64,000 bases of DNA from a virus: IMG/VR virus record IMGVR_UViG_3300045999_008055. The stretch is one strand, 5' to 3'. The position numbers and the translations under genes are program-made. The notes under the pieces were generated by a model. It searched no databases and had not been told where the DNA came from. It saw nothing but the letters and a program-made list of their open reading frames with translations. This document shows positions 21,081-29,709 of this stretch, piece after piece (the stretch's first letter is position 1; every line of letters starts with the position of its first letter).

Positions 21081-21107
21081 TTACACCATATTTTTAATTT
21101 AGTGTAA
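21081..21107. promoter_or_regulatory. Back-to-back GTGTAA late-promoter candidates
   Basis: TTACAC 21081-86 and GTGTAA 21102-07 between the divergent genes starting at 21063 and 21119. Confidence 0.55.
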
Positions 21108-21118
21108 ATAAATTAGCT

Positions 21119-21766
21119 GTGGCATTTCTAAACGCAAACATACCTCCCATAGAATGTTATGTAAGAGGAAACTATCTCCGAGATCAAAAAGATAGCCATG
21201 ACAAATACTTTCAAGCTCTAGTTTTTGGTGTCACATCTTTGCCTGGGCAAGTTCCACTTTTTAATTTTATTATGGAAGATGGTGGAATCTGGTGGCATGC
21301 ACCTATTAGTGCATTTACCTCTAAAGAAGGAACTCCAGAACAAGATCTACATGAATTAGAACTTTGGGATAGTTTTAGTTATCACGTAGCTGTAACTAAA
21401 TTTTCTATACTACAAAATAAAAAACTAAAGTTCCTTGCTAGGAATGGTCAAGAATATTTTGGTACATATTTATTTACTTTAGATTGGGCGCATAGTGATT
21501 TTAATGAATTAAATTTTGGATTTAGTGAAAATCCAGGCCAACATAAATGTGGTCATGTATTACAATTAGATAATGGAAACTATGCAATACAACCTAATAA
21601 TAGATTAAGATTATATGATCCTAATTTTGTAACTAAACAAGGGCAAAATCTTATTCAAAGGCAAGTTAATAGTCATATTTATACTGTCGAAAACTGTCCT
21701 AAGTGGGTAACAGAAGATTCTGACAATTATGAATATACTATAAATCAAATGGGAGATATGAAATGA
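21119..21766 (+). CDS. Conserved phage hypothetical protein
   Basis: 215 aa, GTG start; YLFTLDW..HKCGH..LDNGNYAIQPNNR. Confidence 0.75.
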   Translation: MAFLNANIPPIECYVRGNYLRDQKDSHDKYFQALVFGVTSLPGQVPLFNFIMEDGGIWWHAPISAFTSKEGTPEQDLHELELWDSFSYHVAVTKFSILQNKKLKFLARNGQEYFGTYLFTLDWAHSDFNELNFGFSENPGQHKCGHVLQLDNGNYAIQPNNRLRLYDPNFVTKQGQNLIQRQVNSHIYTVENCPKWVTEDSDNYEYTINQMGDMK

Positions 21767-22044
21767 AGCAAACGATAAAAGTAACAAATCAGAATATATT
21801 AGAAGGAGAAAAAGCTAATCCTCAAAATTGCGCTATAGCTAGAGCTATAAAAAGTAAAATGAGGAAAAAGATTACTAATGTATCCGTTCTACCAACTCAA
21901 GTTACTCTTGAGATGGATAAAAAGATGTTCGTAGCAGAGATGCCAAAGATTGGAACTAACTTTATTAAAAGATTTGATCGTGGTCAAGCCGTAAACTCTT
22001 TTGAATTAAATCTAAAATTCAAAAAGGGTTACGCTTTAGTCTAA
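21763..22044 (+). CDS. Hypothetical protein
   Basis: ATGA overlap with the upstream gene. Confidence 0.7.
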   Translation: MKQTIKVTNQNILEGEKANPQNCAIARAIKSKMRKKITNVSVLPTQVTLEMDKKMFVAEMPKIGTNFIKRFDRGQAVNSFELNLKFKKGYALV

Positions 22045-23037
22045 ATTACATTTTAAATTTGGATCTGCAAGATCTGGATTGTGGGCTTTTTTAGTGCCAC
22101 GCTTATAGTTGGAGTATATTCTTTCTATAATTTTAATTGGTTTTTCTACTATTTTTTCTATAGGTTTTTCAACCTCAACGATCTTTTCTACAATTGTCTC
22201 ATTTGGTTTTCTATTAGAAGCTATATTATAAGCTAACACGAGACAGACCGCTAGAGGATCAAATACTACTACTATAAATAATATAAACCATTTAACTACA
22301 GTCTCGATGGGAACATTAAAGGCTTCGGCTATAAATTTATAAGTACCTATATCTGAACTAATTACTTGTCTTTTTAATTCTATTATTTGATTATCTAGGT
22401 TATTTATCTCTGAATTTAAATTGTTATTAATATTATTAATTTTTTCTATATTAGACTCTAGATTTGTTATATTTCCTTGCATAGTATTCAAAGTTTGGCT
22501 TTTTAATTCTACTGATCTCTTATCTATTACTGTTTCTTGCTTATCACCGCCAAAGAGTCCGCTAGATTTTGTAACCGTAGTCGTTGTAGATTGATTAAGG
22601 GCTTTACTTAGATTAGATTCTTGTTCTTTTCTTGTGTCTATAAGAGTTTTAATTCTTTCTGTATTACTAGATATTTGAGTACTTAAGGAGTTCTTCTTTG
22701 CTTCTAGAAGAGAAACCTGCGACTCTATTGAATCTATATTAGCTTTTGTTGCATAAAAGGCTTGGGAAAGAAAACCAAAGACTCCAAGGCTAGTTATGCC
22801 CATAAGTATAACAACGGCGCTAATTAAATAAACTTTTAATAATTTATTGATTTTATTCCAGTATCTATAAAGAAAGCTTGTAGCCATTATCTTACCAAAT
22901 TCAAGACTACTAGCCATTACTATTGTGGCCCAAAAACTACCAGAGAACAGCAACCCTATGCCTTTAACCGAGAAGAATCCACCACAAGCTGCTACAAAAA
23001 GGGCGCTTAATCCTAATAAGCCATTAAATATATTCAC
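22036..23037 (-). CDS. Membrane protein with a long coiled coil
   Basis: Three N-terminal TM segments (LEFGK, ITSLGVFGFLS), coiled coil, C-terminal TM with VFDPLAV. Confidence 0.75.
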   Translation of the reverse strand: MNIFNGLLGLSALFVAACGGFFSVKGIGLLFSGSFWATIVMASSLEFGKIMATSFLYRYWNKINKLLKVYLISAVVILMGITSLGVFGFLSQAFYATKANIDSIESQVSLLEAKKNSLSTQISSNTERIKTLIDTRKEQESNLSKALNQSTTTTVTKSSGLFGGDKQETVIDKRSVELKSQTLNTMQGNITNLESNIEKINNINNNLNSEINNLDNQIIELKRQVISSDIGTYKFIAEAFNVPIETVVKWFILFIVVVFDPLAVCLVLAYNIASNRKPNETIVEKIVEVEKPIEKIVEKPIKIIERIYSNYKRGTKKAHNPDLADPNLKCNLD

Positions 23038-23315
23038 ACATAATTTACACTAACTACTAGGTGATTCTTTCTTTTTGGTTTATGTTTAACTAGGAGATTC
23101 TTGAAATTAGTATCTTTTATCTTATTTATGTTATCTAATGATAGGTTAATTTTGGGGTCGGGCGGTAAATCTAAAGGCTTGGGGTCAATTTTTTCGTCAG
23201 ATTTATTAATAATCAATAATTGTGATTCATCCTTATCTTTAAAGAAACCATATAACCATAAAACAAACTTAAATGCAAAATAAGTTAAAACAAGATTAAC
23301 TACTAAGCTAATCAT
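23034..23315 (-). CDS. Hypothetical membrane protein
   Basis: N-terminal TM segment. Confidence 0.6.
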   Translation of the reverse strand: MISLVVNLVLTYFAFKFVLWLYGFFKDKDESQLLIINKSDEKIDPKPLDLPPDPKINLSLDNINKIKDTNFKNLLVKHKPKRKNHLVVSVNYV

Positions 23316-23349
23316 AATATTACTACTATACTATACTTTTATATTAAAA

Positions 23350-23580
23350 ACAAGCATATTAAAAGGGGTTTATAACAAAAATAGCCGCCGGGATTTTTTT
23401 ACCTTAAGAGATAAATGAATTTAAATTCTTTTTTATAGATTTAGAAAAAGGGGGTATAGATAAGAATATATGGATAAATAGTATTATATAGTTGGGGAGA
23501 ATGATGTTAATACCCCCACGGCCATGTTGAGCTAGAAATGGTTTAACGATTTTCAAAAATGGGGGTATATATCTTAAAAT
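23350..23580. other. Divergent non-coding region with GGGGGTAT motifs (possible genome end/packaging site)
   Basis: GGGGGTAT at 23450 and 23561, inverted copy at 23510, near copy at 23365; junction of late and early zones. Confidence 0.35.
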
Positions 23581-23596
23581 TTTTTAGCTATGTTCT

Positions 23597-23623
23597 GTAA
23601 GTCGTTGATAATCAATGAAATTT
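23597..23623. repeat. Solitary 27-bp palindrome of the dispersed element
   Basis: GTAAGTCGTTGA-TAA-TCAATGAAATTT, centre 23610. Confidence 0.75.
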
Positions 23624-23649
23624 AAATGCAATAAAAAGCCTAGCATCGC

Positions 23650-23683
23650 TTGACAAATCGTAATAGTGTGATAGATTAAGAGT
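23650..23683 (+). promoter_or_regulatory. sigma70-type leaderless promoter (example of >20)
   Basis: TTGACA-N16-TAGATT with extended TG; ATG 6 nt after the -10 box. Confidence 0.75.
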
Positions 23684-23848
23684 ATGAAAGTTAAAGCAAA
23701 CAAGTTCAACCTAGACGAAACCATCCGCAGACTCAACGCTATCGCAGAAGGCTACAAAGCCTCTGCCCAACGCCTCGACAACATCGTGGCAGAAGCCCAA
23801 GCGAAGAAGGATGAAGCCCACAAAAAGTATATGGGCGAAACCAAATAA
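23684..23848 (+). CDS. Small early protein, family A copy 1 (54 aa)
   Basis: MKVKANKFNLDETIRRLNAIAEGYKASAQRLDNIV...; paralog at 25436. Confidence 0.75.
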   Translation: MKVKANKFNLDETIRRLNAIAEGYKASAQRLDNIVAEAQAKKDEAHKKYMGETK

Positions 23849-23887
23849 CCCTTGACGAAAATCAAACCAGAAAGCAATATAAGCTAT

Positions 23888-24307
23888 ATGAAAAACCAAA
23901 TCACCATCACCAAACAAACCTTCGGCAACACTACCGCTTTCCTCTTGGAAGGCAACAAGAGCCAGATCGAAAACTTCCACAACGCTATGTATAACCATAG
24001 TGCAACCAATGGCGAGTTGCACGATATGGGCAACGGCAAGGCGTTCTACTTCTACGCACAGCCAGAAGCCGTGCTAGAAGCGATGACTAAAGTGGCTCTC
24101 TATGCTCTATGCAATAAGATCAAAGCTAAAGGGATGAAGGGTGGGTTGCTCGCCCTTGCAAGGCAGAAAGCCCAAGACAAGTTCGATGCGATTAAAGATG
24201 GGCGATTCCTTCGCACCAGCATCAGCACCGATGTCTTTAACCTTGGAAGCATCACCGCAGAGAAACCCTCTGACTACTGCGGTGCGATCAGTGCGGGGAG
24301 AGACTAA
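23888..24307 (+). CDS. Early protein, family B copy 1
   Basis: Start re-called to the ATG after promoter TTGACG 23852; F(H/Y)NxxYNxxxTNxxL motif shared with 26370 and 31260. Confidence 0.8.
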   Translation: MKNQITITKQTFGNTTAFLLEGNKSQIENFHNAMYNHSATNGELHDMGNGKAFYFYAQPEAVLEAMTKVALYALCNKIKAKGMKGGLLALARQKAQDKFDAIKDGRFLRTSISTDVFNLGSITAEKPSDYCGAISAGRD

Positions 24308-24308
24308 A

Positions 24309-24686
24309 ATGACCGCAGAGATTCTTGTTATAGCTTTGACCATCCTTGGCGAAGCACGAGGCGAAGGCTTTGAGGGAATGGCGGGTGTTGCGTCTGTCAT
24401 TCAGACACGAGCCATCGAGCGAAAGCAAACGCCCACACAAGTCTGCCTTGCACCAAAGCAATTCAGCTTCTGGAATGGTGGAGTGAGTGAGGCGAAGAAG
24501 CAGGAGCTTCTAAAGAACCCTCAAGCACCCAACGCCATCCGTCTCGCTAAACTTGTAGCAGAGAAACGAATGCCCGATGTTGTGCAGGGTGCGAACCACT
24601 ACCACACCTTCCAAGTGTCGCCCAAGTGGTCAAGAGGAGAGCAGACTGTCGCAGTAATTAAGAATCACAAGTTTTACCGCTTGTAA
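24309..24686 (+). CDS. SleB/Hydrolase_2-like cell wall hydrolase
   Basis: TILGEARGE..VASVI..QFSFWN..GANHYH..PKW..HKFY; start re-called to ATG 24309. Confidence 0.85.
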   Translation: MTAEILVIALTILGEARGEGFEGMAGVASVIQTRAIERKQTPTQVCLAPKQFSFWNGGVSEAKKQELLKNPQAPNAIRLAKLVAEKRMPDVVQGANHYHTFQVSPKWSRGEQTVAVIKNHKFYRL

Positions 24687-24723
24687 GACTTGACAACAAC
24701 GAAAGGTATGATAAGCTAAAGAT

Positions 24724-25119
24724 ATGACAAACAATAATCCAATCAAACGAGCGATCCTCATCGATCCATTCACCGAAACCATCATAGAGGTTAAGATGGT
24801 AGACACTAAAATCCAAACTATCTACGCACTCTTGGGATGCGATGTGATAACTATGACAGGCCTTGCAAATGGAATTGATATGATTCTAGATGACGAAGGC
24901 TTGCTAAAAGACAGCGAGAACCAAGCATACTTTAAGTTTGGCATCGCTTCGCAACCTTTCGCTGGAAAAGCTCTGATCGTTGCAACAGATGACGAAGGAG
25001 ACTTTGCATCTCTGCCAGAAAAAGTTTCAGTCGAAAAAATAAACGACAAAGTCATCTTCTTTAAACCCTCCAAAAAAACTTTAGAAGAATCTCTAAAAAT
25101 AAAAATCACACCATTCTAA
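24724..25119 (+). CDS. DUF3846-like protein
   Basis: AILIDP..IYALLGC..LDDEGL..FAGKALI pattern; own promoter at 24690. Confidence 0.65.
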   Translation: MTNNNPIKRAILIDPFTETIIEVKMVDTKIQTIYALLGCDVITMTGLANGIDMILDDEGLLKDSENQAYFKFGIASQPFAGKALIVATDDEGDFASLPEKVSVEKINDKVIFFKPSKKTLEESLKIKITPF

Positions 25120-25130
25120 AAGCAGCCTCC

Positions 25131-25206
25131 GTAAGTTGTTCAGTATCAACGACTTACGTGGGGCGGGGGGGCTGTCTTTATAAGTGCCTAATAATCAATC
25201 ACTTGC
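25131..25206. repeat. Paired-palindrome element 1
   Basis: Centres 25144/25193 (49 bp; spacer contains a G run). Confidence 0.85.
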
Positions 25207-25291
25207 GAATGCTGATCTTGGAACAAAACCTGATGGAATGCAAAAGATCAATGTCTGATCTTTTCAACTTTGAGTCTTAAACGCAGAAAAC

Positions 25292-25366
25292 CGAAAGCGT
25301 TGACTATCAACTACTTGAACGGAGGGCCTCCCTTGCGTTGTAACTCGTTGATGGTCAATGAAATTT
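25292..25366. repeat. Paired-palindrome element 2
   Basis: Centres 25305/25353 (48 bp). Confidence 0.85.
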
Positions 25367-25435
25367 AAATGAAGATTTTTCTTGCGAAAAATGAAAAATG
25401 TGATAGATTAAAGGTAGAAAGAAAGAAGAAAAAAA

Positions 25436-25582
25436 ATGAAAACAAAAATCAAAATCAAATTCGACATCAATGAAACAATCAAACGCCTTGAGGAAATTTC
25501 CAAAGGCTATCAAGATTCCGCAAAACGGATGGAAAAAATCATCGTCAAAATGGACGAAATCGAAACTCTTAAGAAAGGATAA
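25436..25582 (+). CDS. Small early protein, family A copy 2 (48 aa)
   Basis: MKTKIKIKFDINETIKRLEEISKGYQDSAKRMEKII...; upstream DNA also resembles copy 1. Confidence 0.75.
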   Translation: MKTKIKIKFDINETIKRLEEISKGYQDSAKRMEKIIVKMDEIETLKKG

Positions 25583-25586
25583 AAAA

Positions 25587-25781
25587 ATGATAACAATAAA
25601 TCCCGAACTATACGAAAACAAAGACCTCTACATCTACGAAGGAATGCTAGTCAAAATATTCCCTTCTACGATTGGTTGGAAAACAAGAACCGCAACCGCT
25701 GAAATTATGGATGGCCCTGATAAGGGTAAATGGACTACCATTTATCTTCGCAAGGGTATTCAAGCCGTTGATGCTCAATAA
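25587..25781 (+). CDS. Hypothetical protein
   Basis: Start re-called to MITINPELY, after the family A stop. Confidence 0.65.
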   Translation: MITINPELYENKDLYIYEGMLVKIFPSTIGWKTRTATAEIMDGPDKGKWTTIYLRKGIQAVDAQ

Positions 25782-25825
25782 GAAATAAAAGTTGACAAAA
25801 TCAAAAAATCTGATAGGATAAAAGT

Positions 25826-26116
25826 ATGAAAGATAAGAACAAAACAATGCAACCCGAAATCGGAACCTTCTACCTCTTGACCAATGACAGGACGAAAACT
25901 CCTTGGCTTCAGCCCGAAGAAATCCTTTATGTGAAAGACGAAAACACCTTCATCAAAATCAGCGTTAGCCAAGGTGCAGGATATTCCTCTCGCTGGGATT
26001 GGGCAACCGAAAACGCTGTGACCATCACGAAACTCGCAACGAATAAACATCTCTTGGATCAACTCAACCTCTCGGTTGAAATTGGCAGAGACATCGCCAA
26101 AGCAGAAGGAGTCTAA
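25826..26116 (+). CDS. Hypothetical protein
   Basis: Leaderless promoter TTGACA at 25792. Confidence 0.75.
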   Translation: MKDKNKTMQPEIGTFYLLTNDRTKTPWLQPEEILYVKDENTFIKISVSQGAGYSSRWDWATENAVTITKLATNKHLLDQLNLSVEIGRDIAKAEGV

Positions 26117-26120
26117 AAAA

Positions 26121-26258
26121 ATGAAAAAGATTCTTTTCCAAATAAATAAAAAAACTTTTCGTCTCGCAGTTTCTCACGGCGAAAAGAAAAACTTTTTGCG
26201 TGAAAGATTTTTCTACTATGTTTCTGCGAGTTGCTTGAATCTCCGAGACCTATTGTAA
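26121..26258 (+). CDS. Hypothetical protein (45 aa)
   Basis: Its stop TAA is the first TAA of element 3. Confidence 0.55.
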   Translation: MKKILFQINKKTFRLAVSHGEKKNFLRERFFYYVSASCLNLRDLL

Positions 26259-26329
26259 GTCTCTAAGCATCAACGACTTACAGACGAAGGGAAGCCCCCC
26301 GCGCAAGTCCTTGACTATCAACGACTTAC
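26255..26329. repeat. Paired-palindrome element 3
   Basis: Centres 26268/26316 (48 bp). Confidence 0.9.
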
Positions 26330-26369
26330 ATAAGCTTGACAAAAAGAAAATTTTTGCTATTCTCTTTTT

Positions 26370-26735
26370 ATGCAGAATAAAATAAAAATCTTTATGGAAC
26401 CTTTTGGCCCTAACCTCGCCTATTTAATCGAAGCAGATTTCCCATCTGCTGAAAGATTCTATAATGCAATTTACAATTTCGGCGGAACCAATTATAAATT
26501 ACAAGATCGTGGAAGCGGAAAAGCGTTTTACTTTTATGCCGAACCAGCAAAGTTTCGCAGGGCTTTATCTCTCGCACTCGCCACGAATCTCGAATCATCT
26601 TTTGCTCAAGGTGATTGGAACTCTCACGCAGAAGCATTGGCAGATCAAATAATTTCAGAAATAAAACCAGCAACTTTTGTAAGGCGTTGTCATTCAATGG
26701 AATATTCTTGCAGAAAATCTTTGACAGAATCGTAA
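26370..26735 (+). CDS. Early protein, family B copy 2
   Basis: GxGKAFYFYAxP shared with 23888; promoter at 26336. Confidence 0.8.
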   Translation: MQNKIKIFMEPFGPNLAYLIEADFPSAERFYNAIYNFGGTNYKLQDRGSGKAFYFYAEPAKFRRALSLALATNLESSFAQGDWNSHAEALADQIISEIKPATFVRRCHSMEYSCRKSLTES

Positions 26736-26754
26736 TCTGTGATACATTACCTAT

Positions 26755-26979
26755 ATGAACCAAAACGACATATCCTACCTAGCCTCGATTAACTGCACCG
26801 AAGCCTTTGCTGATGCGGAAGCATTCTTCGATTACATCAACTCCGCTGATGCCATCAACGAGATGCTCGACAAGATGGCTCCCTCTTACGATGAGAGGGA
26901 TACCGAGGTCACCAACTTCTTTGGCGCTAAGGCTGTTCCTTTTCGCCTCACCTGTCAGAATGCAATGGAGGTCAAATAA
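26755..26979 (+). CDS. Hypothetical acidic protein
   Basis: Promoter TTGACA at 26721. Confidence 0.75.
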   Translation: MNQNDISYLASINCTEAFADAEAFFDYINSADAINEMLDKMAPSYDERDTEVTNFFGAKAVPFRLTCQNAMEVK

Positions 26980-26980
26980 C

Positions 26981-27253
26981 ATGGACTACAAAGCCTCTCT
27001 CAAGGAGTGGATGAACCAGCACATGCTGACTCGGTTAGATGTGCGCGACATCCTTAACGAGATGACGCGTGATGACGAGCGCATCCTCGCATCTTCTCAA
27101 TCTAACCTCTCGGATGTGGACGAATCGATGGATGGCGACTTCGATTCTGCTATGGCTTCTGCAGGTCACGGCACAGACGAAGACTATGGTGGCGGGTGCT
27201 ACCAGATGGAAGACTTCGGTTGGGCTGGTGATCCAGAAATTTGTGGAGAATAA
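26981..27253 (+). CDS. Acidic hypothetical protein
   Basis: Start re-called to MDYKAS after GGAGG; tail DESMDGDFDSAMASAGHGTDEDYG. Confidence 0.75.
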   Translation: MDYKASLKEWMNQHMLTRLDVRDILNEMTRDDERILASSQSNLSDVDESMDGDFDSAMASAGHGTDEDYGGGCYQMEDFGWAGDPEICGE

Positions 27254-27255
27254 TT

Positions 27256-27372
27256 ATGATTGAAAAATATATACTCGCAATCGCTGGACTTGGAATTTTT
27301 TTCCTTGCTCTAGCTCTATTAGAAACCCTTATTAACTTTGGCCTCTGGCTTTGGGAGCGTAAGCGTAAGTAG
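27256..27372 (+). CDS. Small membrane peptide (38 aa)
   Basis: MIEKYILAIAGLGIFFLALALLETLINFGLWLWERKRK; stop lies inside element 4. Confidence 0.6.
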   Translation: MIEKYILAIAGLGIFFLALALLETLINFGLWLWERKRK

Positions 27373-27439
27373 TTAACTATCAACGACTTACGGCGGCGGG
27401 GAGGGCGCCCTCGTAAGTCCCTGACTACAAAAGACTTAC
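27365..27439. repeat. Paired-palindrome element 4 (point of convergent transcription)
   Basis: Centres 27378/27426 (48 bp). Confidence 0.9.
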
Positions 27440-27451
27440 GAAGATTAAGTT

Positions 27452-27670
27452 TTACATAGACGCTCGCCAACCCTCAAAAAATTCATCTATCTCTCTTTCT
27501 TTTTGCAAAAAAGTTTTGTTTGAATCTAGAGGAGGATTATCGTTATCGCTCCACGGATAAAAAGTTTCAAGATTTTCGTTTAATAGTTTTTCGATGTTCA
27601 TTTTTGTTTGTTTAGGATTAATGTTAGAATTATCGCCGAGGTTAGAATTGTTAAAAGCATAAGACGACAT
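27452..27670 (-). CDS. Hypothetical protein
   Basis: Start uncertain (27670 or 27601). Confidence 0.5.
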   Translation of the reverse strand: MSSYAFNNSNLGDNSNINPKQTKMNIEKLLNENLETFYPWSDNDNPPLDSNKTFLQKEREIDEFFEGWRASM

Positions 27671-27671
27671 C

Positions 27672-28307
27672 TTAATGCTTTTTGTAGTTAATTGCAAACT
27701 CATTCTTATGCCAGCATGCACGGCACGAACCGCACTTGTTTCCTTGTTTCGATGAAGGGCAATTAAATTCTCCCTTGTTGCTCGCACCGCTAACACAAAG
27801 GCCAAGGCGTTCTGCTAACCCAACCGGTGCGGGGCCATTCATCATAAGAGCAGAGAGACGGATGGTAAGATTAAAAGGAACTTCACCGCCCTTGGCTATA
27901 TACTCTGAAACGAAAGAGTATTCACGAGTAGGCAACCAAAAAGAAATATGCGGAAGATTCTTTGCAACTTTGACAATCTTTTCGAGATGCCAAATACCTT
28001 GCAAATCTCCCGAATCGTGCCAACGGAAGTGAGGGTTGTTTGCTTTACCAATAAGGTAAGTCATCGCATCCACCCAAAGATCGTGAGTAAGAGAAGCAAA
28101 ACGCTTTTCCATCGCAGCTTGAACATTGGGGAAAACATAACGCCCTTTAAGAGCATAGCAGAAAGCACAAATGCTTCCCGCAACCTGACGCATTTTTTGC
28201 CCGATAATGCAACGCTTCGCTGGCGTTGAATAAGCATAACCTGGCATCTTCGAGGGTTTAGATAGTGTGCCGACAATAGCTTCGGCTTGCTTTTTGTTTT
28301 TGAACAT
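27672..28307 (-). CDS. GP88-like Cys-rich (Fe-S/radical-SAM-like) phage protein
   Basis: LSKPSKMPG..C..CAFCYA..FRWHDSGD..FWLPTRE..C..C..CRACW. Confidence 0.75.
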   Translation of the reverse strand: MFKNKKQAEAIVGTLSKPSKMPGYAYSTPAKRCIIGQKMRQVAGSICAFCYALKGRYVFPNVQAAMEKRFASLTHDLWVDAMTYLIGKANNPHFRWHDSGDLQGIWHLEKIVKVAKNLPHISFWLPTREYSFVSEYIAKGGEVPFNLTIRLSALMMNGPAPVGLAERLGLCVSGASNKGEFNCPSSKQGNKCGSCRACWHKNEFAINYKKH

Positions 28308-28356
28308 AAAATTACTTTATCAGTTTTTTTTCTTGTGACAAGTTTTTTTTGCAGTT

Positions 28357-28431
28357 AAATCTCGTTGAGTATCAATGACTTACAACCGTAAGGGCCCCGC
28401 TTGCCTAAGTTGTTGAGACTTAAGCAGTTAC
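28357..28431. repeat. Paired-palindrome element 5
   Basis: Centres 28370/28418 (48 bp). Confidence 0.85.
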
Positions 28432-29259
28432 AGTTTCTTCTTCTGGAATCTCTTCGGTTTCTTTTTTACCAAGGAAAGCGTCAAATCTTTTTTGAGCTTT
28501 GCTCGAAGCCGAAATAATAAAGTTCATATCTTTTTTCAAAACTTGGAGCCAACTCGAAAGATAGCTCGCAGAATTGTTGAAACATTTTTCAGAATCAATC
28601 CCACAAAAGTTAAGACAAAGACTCGCAAAAATCTCTGCGGTCAATTCCTCTTTGCTATAATTCTCTGAACCAAATCCATTTTTGATATCATCATTGGTTG
28701 CCTTGTGCATAGCGTGACCAATTTCGTGAAACGCTGTGGAATAATACTCCTCAACGCTGTTGAAGTTTTCTTTCTCGGGCAGATCAATCTTATGTTCCTG
28801 CGGGTAATAGCAGGCACGGCTTCCACCATACTTGATCTTGATAATGCACTTGTTTATCAACTTCTCTGCTTCTTCTACTGGAGAAAATTCCAGCTTCTTA
28901 ACTTCGGGCTGTTTCCACTTTAGCCCCTCGACATCGCTCAAACCAAAGACTCTGTAATAACGCATCATCGGAAAGCTTTTGGTTTCATTGTCTTTCTCAG
29001 ACTTCAATAGTTTGTAATAAACTACCATATGCGACTTTGCCCCAGTTTTGATCTTTCCGCCAAGTTCTTTAATCTGATTAAAGGTAAAGAAAAAATCATC
29101 CGATGAAACCATCCGAAGCAAAAACTGATTGATGCCCCGATAATTCTTTTTGGAAACGCCGTTGCAAAGATCAAAAACTTTCCAAGGTTTCTGCCAAGGG
29201 CAAACGCCTTTGTTGAGGGCTTCAATGAATTTTTCTGTGATGATTTCGTTAACTTTCAT
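28420..29259 (-). CDS. ardC: ArdC-like anti-restriction ssDNA-binding protein with zincin-like domain
   Basis: PWQKPW..YRGIN..TFNQIKELGG..ACYYP..AFHEIGH..YSKEELTAEI..SASYLSSW. Confidence 0.88.
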   Translation of the reverse strand: MKVNEIITEKFIEALNKGVCPWQKPWKVFDLCNGVSKKNYRGINQFLLRMVSSDDFFFTFNQIKELGGKIKTGAKSHMVVYYKLLKSEKDNETKSFPMMRYYRVFGLSDVEGLKWKQPEVKKLEFSPVEEAEKLINKCIIKIKYGGSRACYYPQEHKIDLPEKENFNSVEEYYSTAFHEIGHAMHKATNDDIKNGFGSENYSKEELTAEIFASLCLNFCGIDSEKCFNNSASYLSSWLQVLKKDMNFIISASSKAQKRFDAFLGKKETEEIPEEETVTA

Positions 29260-29298
29260 AGTTTAAATATATCAGAAATTATCTTTTTGTCTACAAAA

Positions 29299-29373
29299 GA
29301 ATCTCATTGAATATCAACGATTTAGAACCGCAGGGACCCCGCTTCTGTAAGTGCTTGATACTAAAAGACTTAG
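29299..29373. repeat. Paired-palindrome element 6
   Basis: Centres 29312/29360 (48 bp); overlaps the tRNA-Glu 3' end. Confidence 0.85.
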
Positions 29374-29442
29374 GGCTAAACGGATTCGAACCGATACACC
29401 CTCATTGAAAGCGAGGAGTCCTAACCATTAGACGATAGCCCC
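29371..29442 (-). tRNA. tRNA-Glu(TTC)
   Basis: Cloverleaf; anticodon arm CCTCG-CT TTC AA-TGAGG; GTTCGAATC T loop. Confidence 0.9.
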
Positions 29443-29526
29443 AATATGTAGTATTATTATATTAAGTATTTAGCTATTTAGCAATTATTATTTGCTATTT
29501 TGTGTAATCTAATTTAGAATTTAGAT

Positions 29527-29709
29527 ATGAACTCAAAAGTCAGCGGTCTATTAGAATCATCTGCATTATATAAACAATTCCTCAAAGAACGAGAAGAGAT
29601 ATTAAAACATAAATGGCTTGAAAGTGAGAAAGCTGGACACGATGTTGGTTTTGAATGGGCTCTATTAGATTGGAACTTCAATCACAGAAACGGCTGGCGT
29701 AATAAATAA
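29527..29709 (+). CDS. DUF4032-like small protein
   Basis: EILKHKWLESEKAGHDVGFEWALLDW; GTGTAA upstream. Confidence 0.7.
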   Translation: MNSKVSGLLESSALYKQFLKEREEILKHKWLESEKAGHDVGFEWALLDWNFNHRNGWRNK

